Positions 8,044 to 15,078 of a stretch of DNA of 19,147 nt are shown one piece after another. Source of the stretch: a virus. Each line of letters begins with the position of its first letter. The first letter of the stretch is position 1. The stretch lies in IMG/VR virus record IMGVR_UViG_3300045988_000798, positions 1 to 19,147 of that record. The stretch is one strand, 5' to 3'. The position numbers and the translations under genes were made by a program. The notes beneath the pieces are model-generated. The model did no database searches, was not told the DNA's origin, and worked only from the letters and a program-made list of their open reading frames with translations.

Positions 8044-8316
8044 ATGACCTATAAAGCTAAGATTACATTCCGTGACTTGCAAGATAACGAGTATATCTAT
8101 CAAGTCGGGGAAGTTTACCCACGAGAAGGCTATGAGCCATCTAAAGAGCGTGTGGCAGAAGTTCTTGAAAAAGGCGGTATCGAACAAGTCGATCCGCCAA
8201 AAGAACTTACAGTCAAGGAGCTCAAAGCAAAACTTGATGAAGCTGGTGCCGAGTATGACACCAAAGCGAAAAAAGCAGATTTAGAAGAACTTCTAAAGGC
8301 TGCGGAGGAGGTCTAA
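8044..8316 (+). CDS. Small head-module protein with a C-terminal HeH/SAP-like motif
   Basis: 90 aa with an AGGAGG ribosome-binding site. The C-terminal LTVKELKAKLDEAGAEYDTKAKKADLEELL resembles the HeH/SAP helix-extension-helix motif. Confidence 0.55.
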   Translation: MTYKAKITFRDLQDNEYIYQVGEVYPREGYEPSKERVAEVLEKGGIEQVDPPKELTVKELKAKLDEAGAEYDTKAKKADLEELLKAAEEV

Positions 8317-8317
8317 A

Positions 8318-8665
8318 ATGAACGATATCCAACTTGAGAAGATTAAACGTCGGTTGGGTATCGACGTTGAAGACGATCTTGAGGATGAATTGATTGAGGA
8401 CTTAGTCAACGACGCTGAGAGTTATTTCAAAGCACTAGTCGGAACAACCGAGATTGACAAGAAATATCATTTCATCATCGAAAATGTTGTTTACAAGCTC
8501 TATGGTCGTAAGGGTTCAGAAGGTGTCAAAACCGAAAACGTAGACGGCTATTCAGTCACCTACGAAGATTGGGATGACATGTTCAAACCTTACAGAAAGA
8601 TTTTGGATAAAGATTTCGGCCTAGATGGCTCGTTAGCTCGAAAAGGTAAGGTGAAATTCCTATGA
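8318..8665 (+). CDS. Head-tail connector protein (gp6/gp15-like)
   Basis: 115 aa with an acidic N-terminus (IDVEDDLEDELIEDLVNDAESYF) typical of phage head-tail connector proteins. It has a GGAGGAGG ribosome-binding site. Confidence 0.65.
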   Translation: MNDIQLEKIKRRLGIDVEDDLEDELIEDLVNDAESYFKALVGTTEIDKKYHFIIENVVYKLYGRKGSEGVKTENVDGYSVTYEDWDDMFKPYRKILDKDFGLDGSLARKGKVKFL

Positions 8666-8970
8666 AAACACCACACCGCATTAAGCTAGTGAAGCAAGGT
8701 GTTTCGACTTACAACCCAATCACTGATAAGCACGAAGAAAAGGCACAGTCTAGCAAGATTGTGCCTTGTTTAGTCAATTTTATTGACCAACAGCGTGCAT
8801 TTGAAGCCTACGGGAGTAGGTCGGACGTGGTCATGATATGCCGATTCAATCAAGAGCAGAAGCCGTTTGACTATGCTCTATATGAGGGCAAGAAGTATTA
8901 TCCTATCGAACGCATTGACGCACCGATAAAAGGGGCAATCCGATTGAAGCGAGGTGAGCTAAATGGCTAA
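8662..8970 (+). CDS. Head-closure / head-tail adaptor candidate
   Basis: 102 aa, coupled to the upstream gene by an ATGA overlap. The call rests on position only. Confidence 0.45.
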   Translation: MKTPHRIKLVKQGVSTYNPITDKHEEKAQSSKIVPCLVNFIDQQRAFEAYGSRSDVVMICRFNQEQKPFDYALYEGKKYYPIERIDAPIKGAIRLKRGELNG

Positions 8971-9316
8971 TTTCACAATCGAGTGGAGAGGGGACACAGT
9001 CCTCGCTGCTGCTTTGAATAAGGCAAGTCAAGGAGTTAGAACACAAGCTCAAAACGCTCTTAAAAACTCAGCTGAGAAGGGCAAGAGTATTTCAAAAGGT
9101 CTTGCGCCAGTGGATACCGGCTTCTTGAGAGCTAATATCACCACTAGGCATTTGGGCGAAGAATCGCACATCCATTCAGCCGCCTCTTATAGTGGATTCC
9201 AAGAATTCGGAACACGCTATCAGCCTGGAAAACCGTTTATGCGTCCAATGATGCAACAGATCGAGCCTTACTTCACAGAACAAATCAGAAAAGTTATGGA
9301 AGGAGCCTTTAAATGA
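8963..9316 (+). CDS. HK97 gp10-family tail-component protein
   Basis: 117 aa carrying APVDTGFLRANI and FQEFGTRYQPGKPFMRP, characteristic HK97 gp10-like motifs. Confidence 0.8.
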   Translation: MANFTIEWRGDTVLAAALNKASQGVRTQAQNALKNSAEKGKSISKGLAPVDTGFLRANITTRHLGEESHIHSAASYSGFQEFGTRYQPGKPFMRPMMQQIEPYFTEQIRKVMEGAFK

Positions 9317-9693
9317 CACCAAACCATGACTTATTCAGAAATCTATTTGCTATTGCTAACGAAACATTGGCAACTTATGACTATTTACCCGATTCATCAG
9401 CTAGTTATCCATTCGCTTTCATCGGTGAAAATAGCTCAGCACCTACACTCAATAACGAAAACTTTGGAACGATAAGACAAACCGTCCATATCTACGGGAC
9501 TAGAGTGCAGCGTGCAGAGCTAGACGCCCACTGTCAAACGTTGGAACGAGCTAGCGAACGAATTAAAGGGTTTGAATACAACTTATTAAAAACTGGTACA
9601 GACAAGCAAGTCTTACCAGATAATACAGACGTCCAGCCATTGATACACATTGTGCTGGATTTTTCATTTACATATACCAAAAAGGAGGAATAA
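9313..9693 (+). CDS. Tail completion / tail terminator candidate
   Basis: 126 aa with an ATGA overlap to the upstream gene. It lies immediately before the major tail gene. The call rests on position only. Confidence 0.45.
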   Translation: MTPNHDLFRNLFAIANETLATYDYLPDSSASYPFAFIGENSSAPTLNNENFGTIRQTVHIYGTRVQRAELDAHCQTLERASERIKGFEYNLLKTGTDKQVLPDNTDVQPLIHIVLDFSFTYTKKEE

Positions 9694-10236
9694 ATGGCAG
9701 AACTTATTTTGGGGAAAGACCTAATGGTCTTCTTCCGTCGTGTCAAAGACCAGAAGACACAAGACGCTGCTAAGGTACGTTTCCAAACAGAACACACTAT
9801 CAATGCTGAAAAAGAGGTCGAAACTACCAAAACCAAAGACGGTGTAGTTAACTCTATCTCCGACGGGGAAGTGTCTGGGGAATTCGTATCACTTGCTTAT
9901 CGTGAAGATGGGACTACCACAGAAATGTGGCGTGAAATGCGTAAATGGTTCATCGCAGGCGACAAAGTAGAGTGCTGGCAAGTTGACCTTGCTTCCAAAC
10001 GCGCTTCTGGTGGCAAAGATGTCTATGACGTTGAATATTACCAAGGTTATCTTAAAAACTTTGAAATCGCAGCACCCGCTGACGACAAAGTTGAGCTTTC
10101 TTATGAAATGGCTATCGATGGCAACGGTATTATTTCTACTGATAGCTTGACAGAAGCTCAGAAGAAAGCAGTCGCAAGCGCTCAATACGACTACCACACT
10201 CTTGCTAAAGAAGACAGCCTAGTTTCATCTATCTAG
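9694..10236 (+). CDS. Major tail protein
   Basis: 180 aa with an AAGGAGG ribosome-binding site, followed by a strong terminator and then the chaperone pair and TMP. This is the canonical siphovirus order. Confidence 0.75.
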   Translation: MAELILGKDLMVFFRRVKDQKTQDAAKVRFQTEHTINAEKEVETTKTKDGVVNSISDGEVSGEFVSLAYREDGTTTEMWREMRKWFIAGDKVECWQVDLASKRASGGKDVYDVEYYQGYLKNFEIAAPADDKVELSYEMAIDGNGIISTDSLTEAQKKAVASAQYDYHTLAKEDSLVSSI

Positions 10237-10243
10237 TCTATTG

Positions 10244-10271
10244 CAGGGGCTTTGAGCCCTTGCTTTTTTTG
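10244..10271 (+). terminator. Rho-independent terminator after the major tail gene
   Basis: GCAGGGGCT (10244-10252) pairs with AGCCCTTGC (10256-10264), 9 bp including one G.U, with a 3-nt loop. TTTTTTT follows at 10265-10271. Confidence 0.75.
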
Positions 10272-10291
10272 TATAAAAGGAGAAATAAAAC

Positions 10292-10633
10292 ATGATTCTA
10301 TCTATCAACGGACGAGACTTTAATTTGATTTTCGGACTTGCATTTTTGCGTGAGATCAACAAATTGCACTCAGCAGAGCTTGAAGGCATGAAGACTGGCT
10401 ACGGGGCTATGACATTGATTTCAGCCGGTGTGGCTATCAATGACCCGCTAGCATTCGTGGATATCATCAAAGCTGGTACAATTACAGCGCCACAAAAGCC
10501 AAGTGATGCTGACATTGAAGCCTATCTTGCTGATTTGATTGACAAAGGTAAATACAAGGAGACAATCGACTCTATTATTGACGAGTTAAAAGCGTCATCC
10601 CTACTCAAACTCGCAATGAACGTTCAAGAGTAG
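10292..10633 (+). CDS. Tail assembly chaperone (gpG-like)
   Basis: 113 aa with an AAAGGAG ribosome-binding site. It lies between the major tail gene and TMP. Confidence 0.7.
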   Translation: MILSINGRDFNLIFGLAFLREINKLHSAELEGMKTGYGAMTLISAGVAINDPLAFVDIIKAGTITAPQKPSDADIEAYLADLIDKGKYKETIDSIIDELKASSLLKLAMNVQE

Positions 10634-11010
10634 GGCAAAGTCAACCAGATTATGATTTCAGCTATGACGACGCAATGGCCCTCTTGATTGCAAGGCACGG
10701 CATGAGCTACGTCGAAGCTGCCAGGACAACGCTTGTTGAGTTCGAGGTGTATAACACCGCCTACGCAATTAAACAAGAGGACATCCGCTTTAACGCAGCA
10801 ATTCAAGCATGGTATAACCAGACCGTGCAAGCTACCAAAGGCAAGGGCAAGAGTGTTCGCTCAGCTTACCGAACCTTTAATGAGTTCTACGACCATGAAA
10901 AAGAGTTCAGCAAGATATTTAAACCAGAGGACACTGTGCCAAGAAGTCGAGCGCTCTCGTTAGCTGATAAGAATAGGATCATTAATCAACAAAAGAAAGG
11001 GGGTAGTTAA
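10582..11010 (+). CDS. gpT-like -1 frame extension of the chaperone (probable frameshift fusion with 10292..)
   Basis: The -1 frame relative to 10292..10633 is open from 10582, just after the TGA at 10579-10581, through 11010. There is no Shine-Dalgarno sequence ahead of the listed ATG at 10675. The two frames overlap for 52 nt (10582-10633). Confidence 0.55.
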   Translation, partial: RVKSVIPTQTRNERSRVGQSQPDYDFSYDDAMALLIARHGMSYVEAARTTLVEFEVYNTAYAIKQEDIRFNAAIQAWYNQTVQATKGKGKSVRSAYRTFNEFYDHEKEFSKIFKPEDTVPRSRALSLADKNRIINQQKKGGS

Positions 11011-11654
11011 TGGGAGCATCTTTTGACGTTACAGCCATATTGCGTGCTAACTCAAGTGACTTCACCAATGGCGTCAATGCTGCTCGGTCTGCCCTTGCTG
11101 ATTTGAGAAATCAGTCTGGGGGCATGCTTGCTCAAGTTGGTAGCAGTTTAAAGTCAGTTGGTAGCGCCATGCAATCAGTCGGGGCTGGAATGACTACAGC
11201 TTTTACATTGCCGATGGTTGGAGGTTTGACAGCCGTAATCAAAGGCTATGCAGACCTTGAGCAATCGTTGGGTGGTGTTTCTACGCTGTTTAAACAGAAT
11301 GGGTCAAGCGTCAACACCCTTGCTAGAGACTACGGCATGACCAGGGAGCAAGCCCAAGCGCTCTACAATACAATGGATCGTGAGGGAACCAACGTCATTG
11401 AGAATGCCAACGGAGCCTATAGGACGGCTGGTGTGTCTGCTAACCGATACATGGAGCAGGTCACATCGTTCTCAGCTACCTTGCTACAAGGTCTAGGCGG
11501 AGACACTGCCAAGGCTGCGAAATACGGGGATAAAGCCCTTGTCCAAATGTCAGATAATGCGAACAAGTTCGGTACTAACATGACGGACATTCAAAACGCT
11601 TATCAAGGTTTCGCAAAAGATAACTATTCAATGCTGGATAACTTGAAACTCGGT
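11010..11654 (+). CDS. Tape measure protein, exon 1 (215 codons)
   Basis: An AAGGGGG ribosome-binding site precedes the start. The sequence ends in AYQGFAKDNYSMLDNLKLG, the first half of the conserved TMP motif MLDNLKLGYGGT. The remaining 20 codons of the listed ORF, up to the TAG at 11715, have no TMP-like continuation. Confidence 0.8.
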
Positions 11655-11939
11655 AGAAAAACCATAGCCGAGTATAAACCTAGTGGAAACGGTGAAACTC
11701 TACGCTATGTAGCGTAGACAATACCGTGCTAAGCAAGATTTAATCTTGAAAGTGTAACGACTATCGAAACAGAAGAAGCATCCGAAAGGGTGTTTTTTTA
11801 ATGGAGTAGAGTAGGCTCAAGCGAGCCGAAGCACTAGGATGTATTTAATACATAAGAGATAGTCTAATCTCTATGGCGACATAGAGCAGTCTTTAAAAGA
11901 CGGTTGTGATTTAGCGAATCACAGCGAATATGTACCGTG
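11655..11939 (+). ncRNA. Group I self-splicing intron, ORF-less, 285 nt
   Basis: P1: exon ACTCGGT (11648-11654) pairs with GCCGAGT (11667-11673), with a terminal U.G at the splice site. P10: ACCATA (11661-11666) pairs with exon 2 TATGGT (11940-11945). The last intron base is G (11939). A P7-like long-range pair joins GACTATC (11759-11765) to GATAGTC (11858-11864), resembling the R and S core consensus elements. There are at least 8 local hairpins, two with GNRA loops. Confidence 0.8.
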
Positions 11940-14264
11940 TATGGTGGTACCATGTCCGAAATGGTTCGTTTGGTCAATGAATCTGGTGTCTTAAATGGTG
12001 AATTTGAAGCCACAGCTGATAATATCCGTGACATTCCATTCCATACCTTGATTGATGCCATCGGCATTACTCAAGATAGGCTCGGTGTTACTGGAACGAC
12101 TGCCAAAGAAGCAAGTACAACCGTTTCAGGATCGTTCAATTCCATGAAAGCTGCCGCCGAGAACTTAGTGGCCGGCCTTGGTAATAACGAAGCTAATATC
12201 AAGCAGCTTATGGAAAACATGAAGCAGACTATCATCACGTTCAAGGATAATGTGGTGCGTGTTCTAGGGACTATCTGGGACAATCTGCCAGTGGACGGCT
12301 GGGTTAAATGGGCAGCGCTGATCATTGGAGTGGCGGGGCCTATTATTGCAATATTAGGAACCTTAATCATTTGGATCGGGAACGTTGTTTCAGCATTGAG
12401 CACAATCGGTGGAGCTATCAGCTCAGTAGTAGGGTTCTTTTCAAGCGGTTCTACCGCAGCTAGCGGTCTAGGTGCCGCTTTTAGCGGGCTATCAGCCGGG
12501 GCTCTTGCTGCTTTTGCCGGCATTGTTGCTGCAGTGGCTCTAGTTGGGGCTGCGCTCGTTGACTTATGGAACAATAACGAGAATTTCCGTGCACAAGTTA
12601 CGGCAATCTGGGAAACCATCAAGAGTGCAATCACTAGCGCTGTTCAAGCCATTGTGTCGTTCGTTATGTCAATTTGGGGGCAGTTGACTTCATTCTGGAA
12701 CGAAAACCACGCCTTGATTATGCAAACGGCGACAACTTACTGGAACATGTTTAAGGGTGTGATTGAAAATGTAATGAACGCTATCTTACCAGTGATTCAA
12801 ACTGGCTTGAATTTGCTTATTACATTGTTTTCTACATCTTGGCAACTTATTACCACTGTCATTTCCACGGCTCTTGAAATCGTGTTAAACATCATTAAGA
12901 TGGCTATGCAAATCTTACAAGGTGACTGGTCTGGAGCGTGGGAAACACTCAAGACTATCTTGTCTACTGTGTGGGAAGGTATCAAGTCTCTTGTTTCAAT
13001 CGGTATCAATGCTATTGGTCCGATTATCCAAGCGGGTATTCAATTCATTCTCGCTATCTGGAACGCAGCATGGGCATTGTTAGCTATTCCATTCCAAACG
13101 CTTTGGGCATTACTTCAACAAATCGCTGGCGGAGCTATGACTGCCATTAGCGGTGTGATTAGTGCCGGTATCGCCGTGATTCAATCCATTTGGTCAGCGG
13201 CGTGGACAGTTATCCAGACAGTTTTCTCGACAGTTTGGAATACAATCATGTCTATTCTGTCACCTATCATGGCCGGCATATCAAGCATTATTTCAAGCAC
13301 TTTGTCAGCTATTCAAGCGATTTGGAACGCTATCTGGACGGGGATTCAAGCTGTTTTGGCTGGTGTATTAGCTGCTATTGTCGGTTTGGTTACTGGTAAC
13401 TTCTCACAAGTTCAAGCGGCTATTTCGTCAATTATGTCAGCTATTCAAGCCACTATCAGTGCGATTTGGAACGCCATTTTGTCACTTATTAGTAGCGTAC
13501 TAAGTGCGATTGCTAGCACTGTATCAAGTACATGGGCATCTATCCAGTCAATCGTTTCAAGTGCTATGAGTTCCGTTCAGAGCATTATCAGCTCAGCTTG
13601 GAGTGCTGTTAGATCAGCAGTATCAAGTGCCATGAGCTCTATTCAGTCAGCTATCACTAGCGGATTTAGTGCCGTGGTATCAGCGGTAACAAGTGCCGGT
13701 CAGCGTATCATTTCAGCGGTCCGTTCAGCGTTCAGCGGTGCACTTAGTGCAGCCCGTGGATTCGTCGGGCAAGCTGCAAGCGTCGGTTCTCAATTGATTA
13801 GCGGTTTCGTTAGCGGGGTTACATCCGCAGCCGGCAAGCTGATTTCAGCAGTTAAAGGCGCGGTAAGTAATGCGATTAATGGAGCTAAAGCCTTGCTTGG
13901 TATCAAATCACCATCCCGTGTATTCCGTCAATTCGGTATCTACACGGATAAAGGTTTCATCATCGGTATTGCTAGCAAAGCGGACCAAGTAGCCCGTTCA
14001 ATGCGCTATATGGCCCAAGGAGCTATCGACGCATTCACTGGTCAAGATATCAACGGAGCCATCACTGATGAACTTGGTAGCATGGATGGTCAGTTAGGTC
14101 GTTTGGCAGGGTATGATCCATCAGTTTCGTTCAACGGCGGCAAGATGTCAGTTACTCAACAAGCAGCGAATATCGTACTTAAAATGGGCGATACGACTTA
14201 CAGAGCATTTACCGATGACATCACTAATGCTCAGTCAATGGAATTAATGCTTAATAACTATTAA
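11940..14264 (+). CDS. Tape measure protein, exon 2 (774 codons; spliced TMP about 989 aa)
   Basis: It begins YGGTMSEMVRLV, completing the conserved motif. It contains hydrophobic segments, long Ser/Ala/Ile-rich repeats and the C-terminal GIKSPSRVFRQFG motif typical of TMPs. It is in the same reading phase as exon 1, since the intron is 285 = 3 x 95 nt. Confidence 0.85.
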   Translation, partial: YGGTMSEMVRLVNESGVLNGEFEATADNIRDIPFHTLIDAIGITQDRLGVTGTTAKEASTTVSGSFNSMKAAAENLVAGLGNNEANIKQLMENMKQTIITFKDNVVRVLGTIWDNLPVDGWVKWAALIIGVAGPIIAILGTLIIWIGNVVSALSTIGGAISSVVGFFSSGSTAASGLGAAFSGLSAGALAAFAGIVAAVALVGAALVDLWNNNENFRAQVTAIWETIKSAITSAVQAIVSFVMSIWGQLTSFWNENHALIMQTATTYWNMFKGVIENVMNAILPVIQTGLNLLITLFSTSWQLITTVISTALEIVLNIIKMAMQILQGDWSGAWETLKTILSTVWEGIKSLVSIGINAIGPIIQAGIQFILAIWNAAWALLAIPFQTLWALLQQIAGGAMTAISGVISAGIAVIQSIWSAAWTVIQTVFSTVWNTIMSILSPIMAGISSIISSTLSAIQAIWNAIWTGIQAVLAGVLAAIVGLVTGNFSQVQAAISSIMSAIQATISAIWNAILSLISSVLSAIASTVSSTWASIQSIVSSAMSSVQSIISSAWSAVRSAVSSAMSSIQSAITSGFSAVVSAVTSAGQRIISAVRSAFSGALSAARGFVGQAASVGSQLISGFVSGVTSAAGKLISAVKGAVSNAINGAKALLGIKSPSRVFRQFGIYTDKGFIIGIASKADQVARSMRYMAQGAIDAFTGQDINGAITDELGSMDGQLGRLAGYDPSVSFNGGKMSVTQQAANIVLKMGDTTYRAFTDDITNAQSMELMLNNY

Positions 14265-14286
14265 GAGAGAAAAGAGGTTTTAGCTA

Positions 14287-15078
14287 ATGTATGATTATGC
14301 TTCATTGAAGCGCACGGAATCAACAGTGCTGCAAAGAGCACCGGTTGATAACATGCGTATCAACGGTACGCCTATAGAAGATATCATCCAAGGGTATCGA
14401 CAACTTACGGTCAAAGGTCGTTCATTGCTCAATCGTGAAATTTCAACTACTCGTGTTCCTGGACGCCGTGGTGTCTGGGTGGACAGCGTCAATGACTCAG
14501 AGCGTGAGATTGAAGTTAAGTATCAGTTAACGACAGTCACCAGCCAAGTCATGAGGACCTCTTTCCGAGAGCTTAACCGCATCTTGAGAGAAGTAGGGCC
14601 TAGCGGTTATCTTGAAGTTACGTTTGACGATGAGCCAGATTTCACTTATTACGCCATCTTTAAGGAAGCGGATGAAGTGGAGGAAGATAGACTTTCGATT
14701 GTTAGCAGCTTTGTATTGTTAGTGCCAGACGGCTATAAAAAACGGGTTCCAGAGCGTTCTAATGGCGTTGTTTACCTTACATACGCTAAGAAGGTAATAC
14801 CTGAGAAGATTGTAGCCATGACATCGACAACGGCAACAGAATTCGAAATCATCAACGGTCAAACCAAGCTATCGTTTAAGGGTAGTTATGCAGCTAATAA
14901 GGAAATTGTCATTAAATTTGGCGACGAAGAAGTGACTGCTACTTATGATGGTCGTAATATCCTAAGTGAATTGCAGCGATTTAGCCCACTTGAGCAGTTT
15001 TTTGTCAAAGACGGGGACCGATTGGCTGGTAAAAACGTGACTATTCGGGAAGTGCAGTGGAGGGATGAAAGTCTATGA
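14287..15078 (+). CDS. Distal tail protein (Dit; siphovirus tail component family)
   Basis: 263 aa directly after TMP with an AAAGAGG ribosome-binding site. The N-terminal region resembles the phage tail component N-terminal domain. Confidence 0.75.
   Translation: MYDYASLKRTESTVLQRAPVDNMRINGTPIEDIIQGYRQLTVKGRSLLNREISTTRVPGRRGVWVDSVNDSEREIEVKYQLTTVTSQVMRTSFRELNRILREVGPSGYLEVTFDDEPDFTYYAIFKEADEVEEDRLSIVSSFVLLVPDGYKKRVPERSNGVVYLTYAKKVIPEKIVAMTSTTATEFEIINGQTKLSFKGSYAANKEIVIKFGDEEVTATYDGRNILSELQRFSPLEQFFVKDGDRLAGKNVTIREVQWRDESL

Noticed and set aside
11778-11799. Hairpin plus T7 run as a stand-alone terminator separating two genes
   Set aside because: It lies inside the predicted ribozyme. The stem is weak, with 6 bp and two G.U pairs, and is capped by a GNRA loop, which fits a peripheral intron helix better.
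11718-12067. GTG 11937 as an independent start for a second TMP-like protein, and the minus-strand ORF 11864..12067
   Set aside because: There is no Shine-Dalgarno sequence before 11937. The conserved motif is split exactly at the predicted splice junction. The minus-strand ORF overlaps the intron 3' end and exon 2 with no supporting signals.
12071-12634. 187-aa minus-strand ORF antisense to the TMP, and similar antisense or out-of-frame ORFs in the portal, capsid, major tail, Dit and Tal genes
   Set aside because: Its Ala/Pro-rich, low-complexity sequence mirrors the Ala/Ser/Gly-rich TMP codons. All of these ORFs are embedded in strongly supported plus-strand genes.
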